Source: Candidatus Woesearchaeota archaeon
GTDB taxonomy: Archaea > Nanobdellota > Nanobdellia > Woesearchaeales > JBJKQO01
DNA: 64,000 nt
Direction: 5' to 3'
Assembly: GCA_046705145.1 (NCBI GenBank)
Contig: JBJKQO010000027.1
Location: 14,852-78,851, forward strand
In this document: positions 28,783 to 37,645 of the stretch, one piece after another
How the letters are laid out: every line of letters begins with the position of its first letter
Numbering within the stretch: position 1 is the stretch's first letter
Notes under the pieces: generated by a model
The model's database searches: none
What the model was told of the DNA's origin: nothing
Seen by the model: the letters and a program-made list of their open reading frames with translations, nothing else
Program-made: the position numbers and the translations under genes

Positions 28783-29531
28783 CCTAGTTCCTCGTATGCT
28801 TTTTTTAGAAGGTCTCCTTCAGGAAGCCTTGCGTGCCAGCATGGCTCGTCTATCATGAAGCTGCATCCTCTTCCTTTGACTGTGTGGGCGATGACTACTC
28901 TTGCCATCCCTTTTTTTATCGTCTGGCGGGAAAATGAGAGTGTGAGCTGTTCAAAGTCGTGGCCGTCTATCTCCATGACGTTCGCTCCAAAAGCCCGAAA
29001 CTTTGCTGCAAGGTTGTCCTCGTCCATGATCGTTTTCACTGAGTCAAGCGCCTGGTACTTGTTGTGGTCAACTATGACTGTGAGGTTGTCAAGCTTTAGC
29101 TTTCTTGCAAGGTTCATCGCTTCCCACACGCTTCCTTCCTGGCATTCGCCGTCTCCCATCACGACGAAGAAGTGACCTTCTTTTTGCTTGATCTTTCTTG
29201 CAAGAGCCATGCCTGCTGCTATAGGGAGACCGTGCCCCAGGCTCCCTGTTGTCGCCCATACTCCGTGCTCTTCTTCTATGTCTGGGTGGCCTGATATCGT
29301 CGGGTTAAATCCCTTGTCTCTCAGGCAGGCATAAAGCGTTATGCATGCGTGTCCTTTGCTCAGGAGGATCTTGTCTTCTTCTTTTGCGGCATCATCATAA
29401 AGCGCTACCATTATCTCAACCACTGAGAATGCTGGCGCTATGTGGCCGTCCTTGTGCTCTATCGCTATGTCAAGAGCGTCTTTTCTTATCTTCTTCGCCT
29501 TTGACTTAAGCAACTCAACCTTTTCTTTCAT
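28755..29531 (-). CDS. transketolase N-terminal section (TPP-binding subunit)
   Basis: 258 aa. GHxxxxLG, GSLGHGL and GDGE TPP-binding motifs. Overlaps the downstream Pyr-domain gene by 28 nt. Confidence 0.8.
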   Translation of the reverse strand: MKEKVELLKSKAKKIRKDALDIAIEHKDGHIAPAFSVVEIMVALYDDAAKEEDKILLSKGHACITLYACLRDKGFNPTISGHPDIEEEHGVWATTGSLGHGLPIAAGMALARKIKQKEGHFFVVMGDGECQEGSVWEAMNLARKLKLDNLTVIVDHNKYQALDSVKTIMDEDNLAAKFRAFGANVMEIDGHDFEQLTLSFSRQTIKKGMARVVIAHTVKGRGCSFMIDEPCWHARLPEGDLLKKAYEELGCGTRSEKQ

Positions 29532-29565
29532 CTTGATCTCCCGACAACCTTGTGATGACCAAATA

Positions 29566-30636
29566 CTAATCCTTAACCATCCTGACTATGCATCTTCCAG
29601 GGCATTCTCTTTGTCCTGACATGATCGAGTCTATCCCTTCGTTTATGTCTTCAAGATCGACCACTTTTGTGATCGTGTCTTTCACGTTTATCAGCCCTTT
29701 CTGGAAAAGCTCCCAGTAGGTTGGGATGTCACGGTCAGGGTCTGACCCTCCTCCTGTAGATCCGCGAAGGAAGCGTTCCCTGTGTATGCTTAAGGTGTCG
29801 ACAGTTATTGTCGATCCTTTTGGCGGGACTGCAAGGAAAAGGACTTCTCCTGGAATCGAGCTTGCGTTTACTGCTTTTTCCGTGAACTGGGGATTTGATG
29901 CTATTATCAGGACATGTTTTGCTCCCTTGCCTTCCGTGATATCAATTATCTCTTTCACAAAATCGCATTTGGCAGGATTTAATGTGTGTGTTGCACCAAG
30001 CTTTTTTGCGAGCGCAAGAGCGCTCTCGTTTATGTCTACTGCGATTATCGGAAAGCATCTTATCATCGCTGCTGCCTGGACTGAAAAAAGGCCTACTCCT
30101 CCTGTACCGCATATCGCTATCGAGTCGCCAGGTCTTGCTTTTGCGTCGTTTAGGACCGCGCTCACTCCTGTCGTTAGGGCGCAGCCAAAAAGAGGGGCTG
30201 CAAAAAGGTCGCTTCCTTTCGGTATCTTTGTGACCCTGTTTTCAGGGACGACCCCGTATTCGTTAAATGTTGTTATCCATCCTGCATTTACCCTTTCTCC
30301 TTTCCTGTGGTAGAAGGGAGTTCCTGCATCTATGCCTGATCCTTTTTTCCAGTGCATGATAACATGGTCGCCAGGGACTACTTTTTTCACTCCTGGGCCT
30401 ACATCCTCTACTATGCCTGCTCCTTCATGCCCCAGCATGTGAGGAAGGTATGGGTCTTTTCCCATTACGCCTTTTATCTCTTCGATCTGCTTTCCGCATA
30501 TCCCTGTGTAGTGTATCTTTACAAGGACCTGTCCTGGTTCAAGCGGTCCGTCAAATGTGACTGTGTCCATGACAAGCGGTGAGTTGTTCTTCTCAAGTAT
30601 CGCTGCCCTGAAGCTTATTGGGTATCTTATGCTCAT
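29566..30636 (-). CDS. zinc-dependent medium-chain alcohol/polyol dehydrogenase
   Basis: GHEGAGIV and GTGGVGL motifs. Start at the GAGG-supported ATG 30636; the tracked ORF extends to 30687. Confidence 0.8.
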   Translation of the reverse strand: MSIRYPISFRAAILEKNNSPLVMDTVTFDGPLEPGQVLVKIHYTGICGKQIEEIKGVMGKDPYLPHMLGHEGAGIVEDVGPGVKKVVPGDHVIMHWKKGSGIDAGTPFYHRKGERVNAGWITTFNEYGVVPENRVTKIPKGSDLFAAPLFGCALTTGVSAVLNDAKARPGDSIAICGTGGVGLFSVQAAAMIRCFPIIAVDINESALALAKKLGATHTLNPAKCDFVKEIIDITEGKGAKHVLIIASNPQFTEKAVNASSIPGEVLFLAVPPKGSTITVDTLSIHRERFLRGSTGGGSDPDRDIPTYWELFQKGLINVKDTITKVVDLEDINEGIDSIMSGQRECPGRCIVRMVKD

Positions 30637-30643
30637 CTTTTCC

Positions 30644-31423
30644 TCACATCGTTCCGCCATCGACAGGTATAAGTGTTGTCGGTGCAAATGTTACCTGTTT
30701 TGATGCCATGAAAACTACAAACGGAGCTATCTCCTCTGCTGTTCCAAGCCTTCCGATCGCGTGGTGGTGCCTGAGAAAGTCAGATCTTTTCCTTAAGAAT
30801 GCGTCAAGGTCTTTTTGGTTCATCGGATTGTCCTCATCCCAGTGCCCTCCTGGCGCGTATATCGCTCCTGGAAGCACTGCGCTTACGACTATCCCATCAG
30901 GAGCAAGCGCCCTTCCAAGAACCTTTGTGTAGGCGTTGCAGTATGCTTTTGCTGCTCCGTATGGTGCAGATCCTCTAAGCTCTATCCCTGATATCGATGA
31001 TATGTTGATTATCCTTCCCCATTTTTTCTTCTGCATCGGAGGGACCACTATCCTGTTTATATCTATTGATACTCCGACGTTGAATTTCACTACTTTTAGC
31101 CATTCGTCCATAGGTGAAAGTATGTCCTTGACTCCCAGTGTTCCGCCGATGTTATGGACTACTATGTCATAATCGCCGTTCCTTTTTATGAGAGCCTTGA
31201 CCGCTTTTTCAGGCGCACCGTCTTCCATAAGGTCTATCGCATAATGATCATGACCTTTTTCTTTTCCGCCCATCTCAAGGACTGTCTGTTTTAGCTCTTC
31301 TTCTCTTCTTGCGATGACAGAAACCTTGCATCCTTCCTTTGCAAACTCAAGCGCGATGGCCTTCCCTATGCCCTGGCTTGCTCCTGTTATAAGAACGTTC
31401 TTTCCTTTAATCCCTAGATCCAT
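30644..31423 (-). CDS. SDR-family short-chain dehydrogenase/reductase
   Basis: VLITGASQGIGKA and YGAAK motifs. Confidence 0.85.
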   Translation of the reverse strand: MDLGIKGKNVLITGASQGIGKAIALEFAKEGCKVSVIARREEELKQTVLEMGGKEKGHDHYAIDLMEDGAPEKAVKALIKRNGDYDIVVHNIGGTLGVKDILSPMDEWLKVVKFNVGVSIDINRIVVPPMQKKKWGRIINISSISGIELRGSAPYGAAKAYCNAYTKVLGRALAPDGIVVSAVLPGAIYAPGGHWDEDNPMNQKDLDAFLRKRSDFLRHHHAIGRLGTAEEIAPFVVFMASKQVTFAPTTLIPVDGGTM

Positions 31424-31542
31424 TTTATCTCCCCCACTATGAGCAAATCAAAATTGATGTTTATAAAGGTTTCTGTTGATAATAAGATAGCTATAAAAAG
31501 GATAAAAAAATCCTGTTAGAATACAAAATATGGGGGGGTACC

Positions 31543-32424
31543 ATGCAAGAAAATAATACTATAGTAGGGATGAGACAAATGATTCTTTCAGAAGAGAATA
31601 GAATGAGATTAGATATACATTCTTCAGTTCTAAAAAGGGTAAATGATGAAGTTGAGCTTGTCACAAGTTGTTACGTTATCCCTTCAAAGAAAGGTGTAAC
31701 TGAGCTCCACTTGCCCAAAGTAATTCGTAATCTTATGAGCGACCGCCTACTAACCCTCACCAAGATGGTTTATTCTAGTGATTTTGATCCAACAAATGAA
31801 AAACAAGCACAGAAACTTGTTAGTGACCTTCGTAACATGGGGCCCCATCTCGGATTTTCAGATATGGGCTTGACAGATGTTGTGGATGCAGCTTTCTGTG
31901 CTGATCCTTTGTTCCCATCTACCCTGGACGGAAACGCTTTTTTTGTGTGGGAGCCTGAAAGTGAGATGATGGAACGTATCCTGACTATGCCCCCCACCCA
32001 GGATATAGGTTTCGTTAACAGACAAGTTGAACTAAAAGGTATGATTTCTAAAGGAAGAACACCTGAAGAAGGAAGGGAATTCTATTCTCTTGTGATGTAT
32101 ATCCACCCGCAATATGCACCATATCCAGGAAGGGGCGCTTCTTTGGTGGTGAGATTATCTACAAAAAATATTGCCCAATTTGATATTAATCCTAAAGGAA
32201 AAGTAACAGCACAAGTATCTGATGGTGATATAGTAGACAATCTTAGAAACACGCTAGATTACTTAGAAAGAATGGGGGTAACCCCTCAGCACATATTGTA
32301 TGCCCTTCAAAGAAGTAACTTGGGAGACGCGCAAAGGAATGCAGTTGCTGCTTTAGTCCCTGAGTTACAGAAATACCCTCACACGGCAGGAGACGAATTA
32401 TTTGTTGTGAAGCCAACAAGATAA
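31543..32424 (+). CDS. hypothetical protein (no recognised domain; atypical codon usage)
   Basis: 293-aa clean ORF. Uses TTA/CTA/AGA/CGT codons that are rare in neighbouring genes. Lies on the opposite strand inside the glycan island. Confidence 0.45.
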   Translation: MQENNTIVGMRQMILSEENRMRLDIHSSVLKRVNDEVELVTSCYVIPSKKGVTELHLPKVIRNLMSDRLLTLTKMVYSSDFDPTNEKQAQKLVSDLRNMGPHLGFSDMGLTDVVDAAFCADPLFPSTLDGNAFFVWEPESEMMERILTMPPTQDIGFVNRQVELKGMISKGRTPEEGREFYSLVMYIHPQYAPYPGRGASLVVRLSTKNIAQFDINPKGKVTAQVSDGDIVDNLRNTLDYLERMGVTPQHILYALQRSNLGDAQRNAVAALVPELQKYPHTAGDELFVVKPTR

Positions 32425-32427
32425 GCT

Positions 32428-33504
32428 TTAAAGCTGCTTGTCAAACTCCCTGACAAGATCTTCATAGCCCTTGCCTGTCACGTCGACAAATCCTGCTCTG
32501 AGGTTTTCTGCAAGGCCTTTGTCTTCATGCCTGTCTCCTATGACTATTATCCTGCTGTAATCAGAGAATTCTTTTTTCATGTCTTTTAGGCAGTCATGGA
32601 CCATCTCAGGAGATGGCTTCCTTTTGGTCTTTTCCTTTATGAAATCCTTATGGAATGTCATCTCTCCTTCCTTTTGTTTGGCATAAGCTGTGTCAACATT
32701 GGGGCAGTACTGCCAGCTTGATATCTTTATGCCTTTTTTTGCTAGAAGATCATGTATGTATGAGTGTATCTCTTCCACTCTTTTTGTGGTGTACATCTGC
32801 CTTGCGACTCCTGCCTGGTTTGTCACGACAACAAGATCAGCATCATGTCTTGTTTTGATGTATATGAGAAGGTCAACAACGTCTTTTCTTAGGGTAACTT
32901 TTTCTTTCCAGCTGTCATCCTTGCCAAAAAATCCATCATCCTCTATGAGTGTCCCGTCGCGGTCCACGCAGACAAGTATCTTGCTTTTGTCAAGCTTCTC
33001 CCTTATGTAGCTGATTATGTCTGTTGTCGAAAGCTTTGGGTCGTTCGTGTATCTCATCTCGCCCCCGACAGATCTTATGGCCTCTCTTTCCTCTGTTATC
33101 CCTGGCGTGGTCTTGTGGATGAAATCAGGGCCTTTTATGTAATATGATGGCTTAAGCCCATTTATGACCTCGACGCCTTTCTTAAAATCTGTTATGACCG
33201 CATAGTCTACGGTCTCAAGCGCTGCTATCATGTAAGCTCTTAGCCTGTCAGTGAATACCGGCCTTCCGTCTCCTTTCCTTTGCGAGACAAACCTGTCAGA
33301 AGTGATCGATACGAAAAGGACGTCGCAAAGCTTCTTTGCTGATTCAAAGTGCTTGACATGGCCTGGGTGGAGAAGATCGAACCCTCCGTGGCACAGTCCT
33401 GCTTTTTTTCCTTTTTTCTTCAGTTCAGATATCTTTTTTGCTGCCTCTTCAAAAGAGAGTATCTTGACTGAATTGTATTCTTCCAGATTACCTGCTTCGA
33501 ACAT
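32428..33504 (-). CDS. bifunctional sugar-phosphate nucleotidyltransferase (HldE domain-II-like) fused to a HAD-IIIA heptose-1,7-bisphosphate phosphatase (GmhB-like)
   Basis: N-terminal GLCHGGFDLLHPGHVKHF cytidylyltransferase-fold motif. C-terminal LVCVDRDGTL HAD motif I and GDRHEDKG motif. Confidence 0.7.
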   Translation of the reverse strand: MFEAGNLEEYNSVKILSFEEAAKKISELKKKGKKAGLCHGGFDLLHPGHVKHFESAKKLCDVLFVSITSDRFVSQRKGDGRPVFTDRLRAYMIAALETVDYAVITDFKKGVEVINGLKPSYYIKGPDFIHKTTPGITEEREAIRSVGGEMRYTNDPKLSTTDIISYIREKLDKSKILVCVDRDGTLIEDDGFFGKDDSWKEKVTLRKDVVDLLIYIKTRHDADLVVVTNQAGVARQMYTTKRVEEIHSYIHDLLAKKGIKISSWQYCPNVDTAYAKQKEGEMTFHKDFIKEKTKRKPSPEMVHDCLKDMKKEFSDYSRIIVIGDRHEDKGLAENLRAGFVDVTGKGYEDLVREFDKQL

Positions 33505-34255
33505 TTTTTCTCCTTCTTCTCATGAAAGGCTGCTCAAAGAAAAGCCTTATGACAGTCCATGCTACGCCTGCCGCGTTCTTCCAACGGAACATCGCGCTGG
33601 TCCCGTGGTCTCTTAGCTGGTACATGGGGTATTGCTTGTATGAGTATCCCATCTTCAGGAGCTGTATCATGACTTCTGCCTGCATGGCAAAGCTGTCTGT
33701 CGTCATCTTCACTTTCCTTATTGCATCTGTCCTTGTTATCGTAAGCCCGCAGTAATACCTTATCCTTTTCAGGAAGAGCAGATTAAGGCTCCATGTGAAT
33801 ATTATGGATATTATGTCCCTGTAAAAGGGTCTTGGTATCTTGAACTTGTAGTAGCTTGTCACGATGTCTGCCTCTCCTGTGTGCCAGAAAAGGTTTGTCA
33901 TAGACCTTATGACTATGGGGTTCTCTTCCATGTCCCCTGGTATCCAACAGTAATATTCTTTTGATGCAAGCTTAACTCCTGCCCTGTAATTGTAGCCTAA
34001 CCCTCTGTTTCTTTGGTTGTGGACGACCCTTACTTTTCGGTTCTCTTTTGCGAGCTTGTCTGCTATCTCGCCTGTCTTGTCTGTGCTGCAGTCGTTGAAT
34101 ATGAGTATCTCATAATCCTCAAATATCTCGCTAAGTATCCTGTTGACAGGCCGGACTGAGTTCTCAAGATGCTTTTCCTCGTTGTATGCAGGCATCATTA
34201 TGGTTATAGATGCTTTTAGCTTCTTTCTCTTTGTCTTCTGTTCTCTGTTTTTCAT
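33488..34255 (-). CDS. glycosyltransferase family 2 (dolichyl-phosphate sugar synthase-like)
   Basis: ITIMMPAYNEE ... ILIFNDCSTDKT GT-A motifs. Confidence 0.8.
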   Translation of the reverse strand: MKNREQKTKRKKLKASITIMMPAYNEEKHLENSVRPVNRILSEIFEDYEILIFNDCSTDKTGEIADKLAKENRKVRVVHNQRNRGLGYNYRAGVKLASKEYYCWIPGDMEENPIVIRSMTNLFWHTGEADIVTSYYKFKIPRPFYRDIISIIFTWSLNLLFLKRIRYYCGLTITRTDAIRKVKMTTDSFAMQAEVMIQLLKMGYSYKQYPMYQLRDHGTSAMFRWKNAAGVAWTVIRLFFEQPFMRRRRKNVRSR

Positions 34256-34266
34256 CGTGCCTCACT

Positions 34267-35334
34267 TCATATGAAATTGACGTGCTCAGGAGGGTTTTTC
34301 AGGCTGTGAAGGTACCTGTTTATAGGGTCAAGCCTGCAGTTCTCGCGGCATTCTTTTGTGCCTTTGCAGTCAAGCTTCCTTATGACCTCTTCCCTTTTTT
34401 TGCCGAGCCATATCTCAGAAAAGGAGTTGTCATAAAGGTTGCCGTAGTAGAATTCCTTGTTATCGTAGAATAGGTTGCATGGGATTATGTTTCCTTCTGC
34501 GTCTATGAGGGCGAAGAAAGGAAGCCCGTAGCATTTCTCGTATGGTGCTTCTGATTTTAGCTTTTCCATGGTGTCAAGCCTGAATACTGCCTTGAAATCT
34601 TTAGTGCTTGTCGCCTCGACCTTTGGTTTCAGTGACTTGAGGTTGTCATAGTCAAGCTTGAACCTTTTTGAGCTTAATGGGTGCTGTGAGTAGGGCTTTA
34701 CGACAAGGTAGTCTGCTCCTGCTTCCCTGACCTTTTCGGCAAGCATGACAACTTCTGATGAGTTGTCGTTTATCAGGAGGACCTGCGTGCCTATCTTGAC
34801 CTTCAGGTTGTTCTTTCTTTTTATCTCTGCGGCATCCTTTATGTTTTGCATGAGCTTTCCAAGATCTGCCTCTTTTGTGCCGTGTATCTTTGCGTATGTC
34901 TCGGGTGTTGCTGCGTCCACGCTGAATTTCACCCAGGACATATGTGGAAGCGTCTTTTCTGCAATGCTCTTGGTGAAAAGGACTCCGTTTGTTGTAAGAG
35001 CTACGTCCATGCCGTGCTTTTTTGCGTGCTCTACAAACAATGAGAAATCCTTATGAAGAGTCGGCTCGCCTTCTCCTCCGAACATGATAGACCTGATTCC
35101 GTGAGATGCCATGTCTGTAAGAGCGTCAAGCATCACTTTTGTGTCTATGAACTTGCCCTTGTAGCCTGTGAAGTCAAGGGCGCAGAATATGCAGCGGTGG
35201 TTGCATGCAGAAGTTATCCCAAGCTCTAGGTAAATAGGAAATATCTTGTCTCCTTTAAGCCAAAGGTCTACCCTGCCTGGGTGGTAGTTCAGCTTGTGCG
35301 TGTCAAGTTTAAGCTCATCTTCCAATGTTATCAC
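34267..35334 (-). CDS. radical SAM protein with a C-terminal SPASM domain
   Basis: CNHRCIFC (CxxxCxxC) cluster, and a C-terminal Cys-rich CYGLP..C..C..C region. Confidence 0.8.
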   Translation of the reverse strand: MITLEDELKLDTHKLNYHPGRVDLWLKGDKIFPIYLELGITSACNHRCIFCALDFTGYKGKFIDTKVMLDALTDMASHGIRSIMFGGEGEPTLHKDFSLFVEHAKKHGMDVALTTNGVLFTKSIAEKTLPHMSWVKFSVDAATPETYAKIHGTKEADLGKLMQNIKDAAEIKRKNNLKVKIGTQVLLINDNSSEVVMLAEKVREAGADYLVVKPYSQHPLSSKRFKLDYDNLKSLKPKVEATSTKDFKAVFRLDTMEKLKSEAPYEKCYGLPFFALIDAEGNIIPCNLFYDNKEFYYGNLYDNSFSEIWLGKKREEVIRKLDCKGTKECRENCRLDPINRYLHSLKNPPEHVNFI

Positions 35335-35537
35335 ATCTTAATTTTATTGAAAATTTCGCATTTGCGGAATTTTCTTTCGGGATGATGGTTCCCCCTCAAT
35401 TTAGTGCGAAATTTTCAATCCCGCAAAGTCGGTAACAATAGGGCGAGCATATTAATAATTAACGACTTTGCGTTATGCTTTGATTAAGGACTTAACTTTC
35501 TTTTATATAGTTTTCCCATAGCTTCCAGCTTCTGTGA

Positions 35538-37502
35538 CTAGTTCACCTTGAACAGCATGACAGCTCCATTTTGCATTACAGGCTCAAACAGCTTTGAGTC
35601 AGCCATACGCCCTACAAATATGTTGGTCTCATTGACCCCAAGTTCCTGGGTGTCTCTAGTGCTGATTATCATGTACTCATAGCCTTTCGCCTTAAGTGAT
35701 GAAGCAAGCTGTTCAGGCGGTAGTGAGTATGCTGTTTTCTGGAGGCTTTTGACATCATCGCACCATTGGCATATGTACTTGTCAAATCCAAGTACATATG
35801 CTCCGCTTGATAGTGAGAACACTCCTGTGTTTGCCGGAAGGGAATAAAGCTGCGTAAATCCTGCAAGCTCATCATATGATGTCCAGCCAACTCCTGGAGG
35901 CCACTGGGCCCTGTTATACACGAATTTAGGGTAAGTAGAAGTCAGGATGACAAGTGCTATTATCGCTACGACTGTCACTGCTTTTGGTATGCCTACATTT
36001 TTGAGCGAGTCAGCAAGTGCCACAAGGCCGTAGCCTGCAAGGATAGATACTGGTATCGCAAGAAGCATCCAGAACCTGAATGCGAAAAGGCCTACAGGAA
36101 GATGGAAGGTTGCGGAGTTGACGCCGAGAAAAGTGAAAGCAAGCCACAAGAGGGTTATTGCAAGCCACTTGTTCTTTGAGTCAAGAAGCTGCCTGTATTT
36201 TACTGCTGCTATCACCAGGCCGACTATCGCAAGTATGCATATAGCTATGCCTATCCCTATAGGGTTGTTTATCATGTTGTTTGTCCTTGCTACAAAGAAA
36301 TCGCTGAAACTGTATGCCCTTGTTGCAGAGCCGCCTGTCGGGCTGAAAAAAGTCCCTATCCCATCAAGGAAAGATGTTCCTGAAGAGCCTGCGAGCTGCA
36401 CTTCTGATACTCCGGAAAGCCCGTTTCTTCTTATCAGCACAGGAACCCACCATAAAAGGGATATTGCTGCACCTACAGCTCCTGCCACAAGTGAATCCCA
36501 GTGGACCTTCTTGTGAGCAAGTGTCCTTATGAGCCAGTATGCTCCGAGGAAAAACGCGAACTTGATCGATTGTGATGGATGTGTGAGCATTATTGATGCT
36601 ATCGCTATCCCTGCAACATATTTCCACTTCCTGCCCCCATCCATCATCTCAAGAGAGTAAAGTGCTATGAAGAAAAGAGCAGGTATGAGGGCGTGAGCCC
36701 ATATGAAATGGCTAAGGAAACATGGTATCGAAGCGAGGATAAAAGTGGATGCGAGGGCTATCCTTTTGCTCTCGGAAAATCTCATGACAAAAAGATAGAA
36801 GAAAAGAAGGCAAAGCGATATGAGAAGGGCGTTAAAGAACTTCATGGTCCAGTTTATCGAGGGAGATGTCTGGTGCAAGACCCCCATCATCATCTCGTAT
36901 CCTGGCGGGTAGGGGTCAAGGAAGTTTGTGACATATCCTCCTTTTGGTGCGAAAAGGTCCTTTTCTACCGCTATGTATTTCACGCCTATCGCATGAGTCC
37001 AGGGATCATCATCCTCAAAGTAAGGGTAGCTGAACGCTCCGCTTGCATACATGAAAAAGGTTGCTGCAAATATGAGAATGGCCAGCGCAGAATAGATGTT
37101 GCTCTTTGTAAGCTTTATCTTGTCAAGTGTCGGTAAGCTTATCTTGCCTGAGTTCCTTATGAGCCATATCGATGGATATATCAAGCTTGCTGCAAGAAAT
37201 ATCCTCCAGTCGATAGGCAGCCTAAGGAAATTTATCGCTGCTCCCAGCACTATGAACGCGCTGATGCCGAGGCCGACACGCATGACTATCCTCTCAAATG
37301 CGTTTTTTGATTCATTCAGGAAAGAAGTGATCGTAAAGCCCAGTCCATAGGTGTATATGAAAAAGAGAATAATAGTTATCCAGCTCGCCAATGCATGCAC
37401 CCCCTTTGATATCTTATAAGCTGGATAATCTGTCAATATTATATAAATCTTATTGATTTGGGAAGCTTCTGTTGAAGGACTTTGAAAAGCTGTGCTTTTC
37501 AA
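35538..37502 (-). CDS. large polytopic membrane protein, putative GT-C-like glycosyltransferase/polymerase
   Basis: About 14 TM helices, an acidic loop YFEDDDPWTH, no WWDYG AglB motif. The first ~10 codons lie inside family-2 element copy 4, so the true start is uncertain. Confidence 0.4.
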   Translation of the reverse strand: MKSTAFQSPSTEASQINKIYIILTDYPAYKISKGVHALASWITIILFFIYTYGLGFTITSFLNESKNAFERIVMRVGLGISAFIVLGAAINFLRLPIDWRIFLAASLIYPSIWLIRNSGKISLPTLDKIKLTKSNIYSALAILIFAATFFMYASGAFSYPYFEDDDPWTHAIGVKYIAVEKDLFAPKGGYVTNFLDPYPPGYEMMMGVLHQTSPSINWTMKFFNALLISLCLLFFYLFVMRFSESKRIALASTFILASIPCFLSHFIWAHALIPALFFIALYSLEMMDGGRKWKYVAGIAIASIMLTHPSQSIKFAFFLGAYWLIRTLAHKKVHWDSLVAGAVGAAISLLWWVPVLIRRNGLSGVSEVQLAGSSGTSFLDGIGTFFSPTGGSATRAYSFSDFFVARTNNMINNPIGIGIAICILAIVGLVIAAVKYRQLLDSKNKWLAITLLWLAFTFLGVNSATFHLPVGLFAFRFWMLLAIPVSILAGYGLVALADSLKNVGIPKAVTVVAIIALVILTSTYPKFVYNRAQWPPGVGWTSYDELAGFTQLYSLPANTGVFSLSSGAYVLGFDKYICQWCDDVKSLQKTAYSLPPEQLASSLKAKGYEYMIISTRDTQELGVNETNIFVGRMADSKLFEPVMQNGAVMLFKVN

Positions 37503-37590
37503 AGGGACAACCCCTTAGCTCTGAGTTCGTTTAACAGAAGGAGCATCGTAAATTGATGCTACCTTCACTTTCAACAGCAGCTATTAAGCG
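37473..37590 (-). mobile_element. Family-2 MITE-like element, copy 4 (short, inverted)
   Basis: Reverse complement begins CTGTTGAAAGTGAAGGTAGCATCAATTTACGATGCTCC and ends CTTCAACAGAAGCTTCC. Internal palindrome TTGAAAAGCACAGCTTTTCAA. Confidence 0.4.
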
Positions 37591-37645
37591 CTAAACACAT
37601 AAAAATACAGCAAATTTTATTAATGACCGATAACAAATATGGTTT

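Noticed and set aside
28456-29175. 239-aa plus-strand ORF
   Set aside because: Antisense to the transketolase subunit genes; shadow ORF.
35538-37502. AglB/STT3 oligosaccharyltransferase call
   Set aside because: No WWDYG motif, and the DxD loop context is atypical. Kept as a generic GT-C-like membrane protein.
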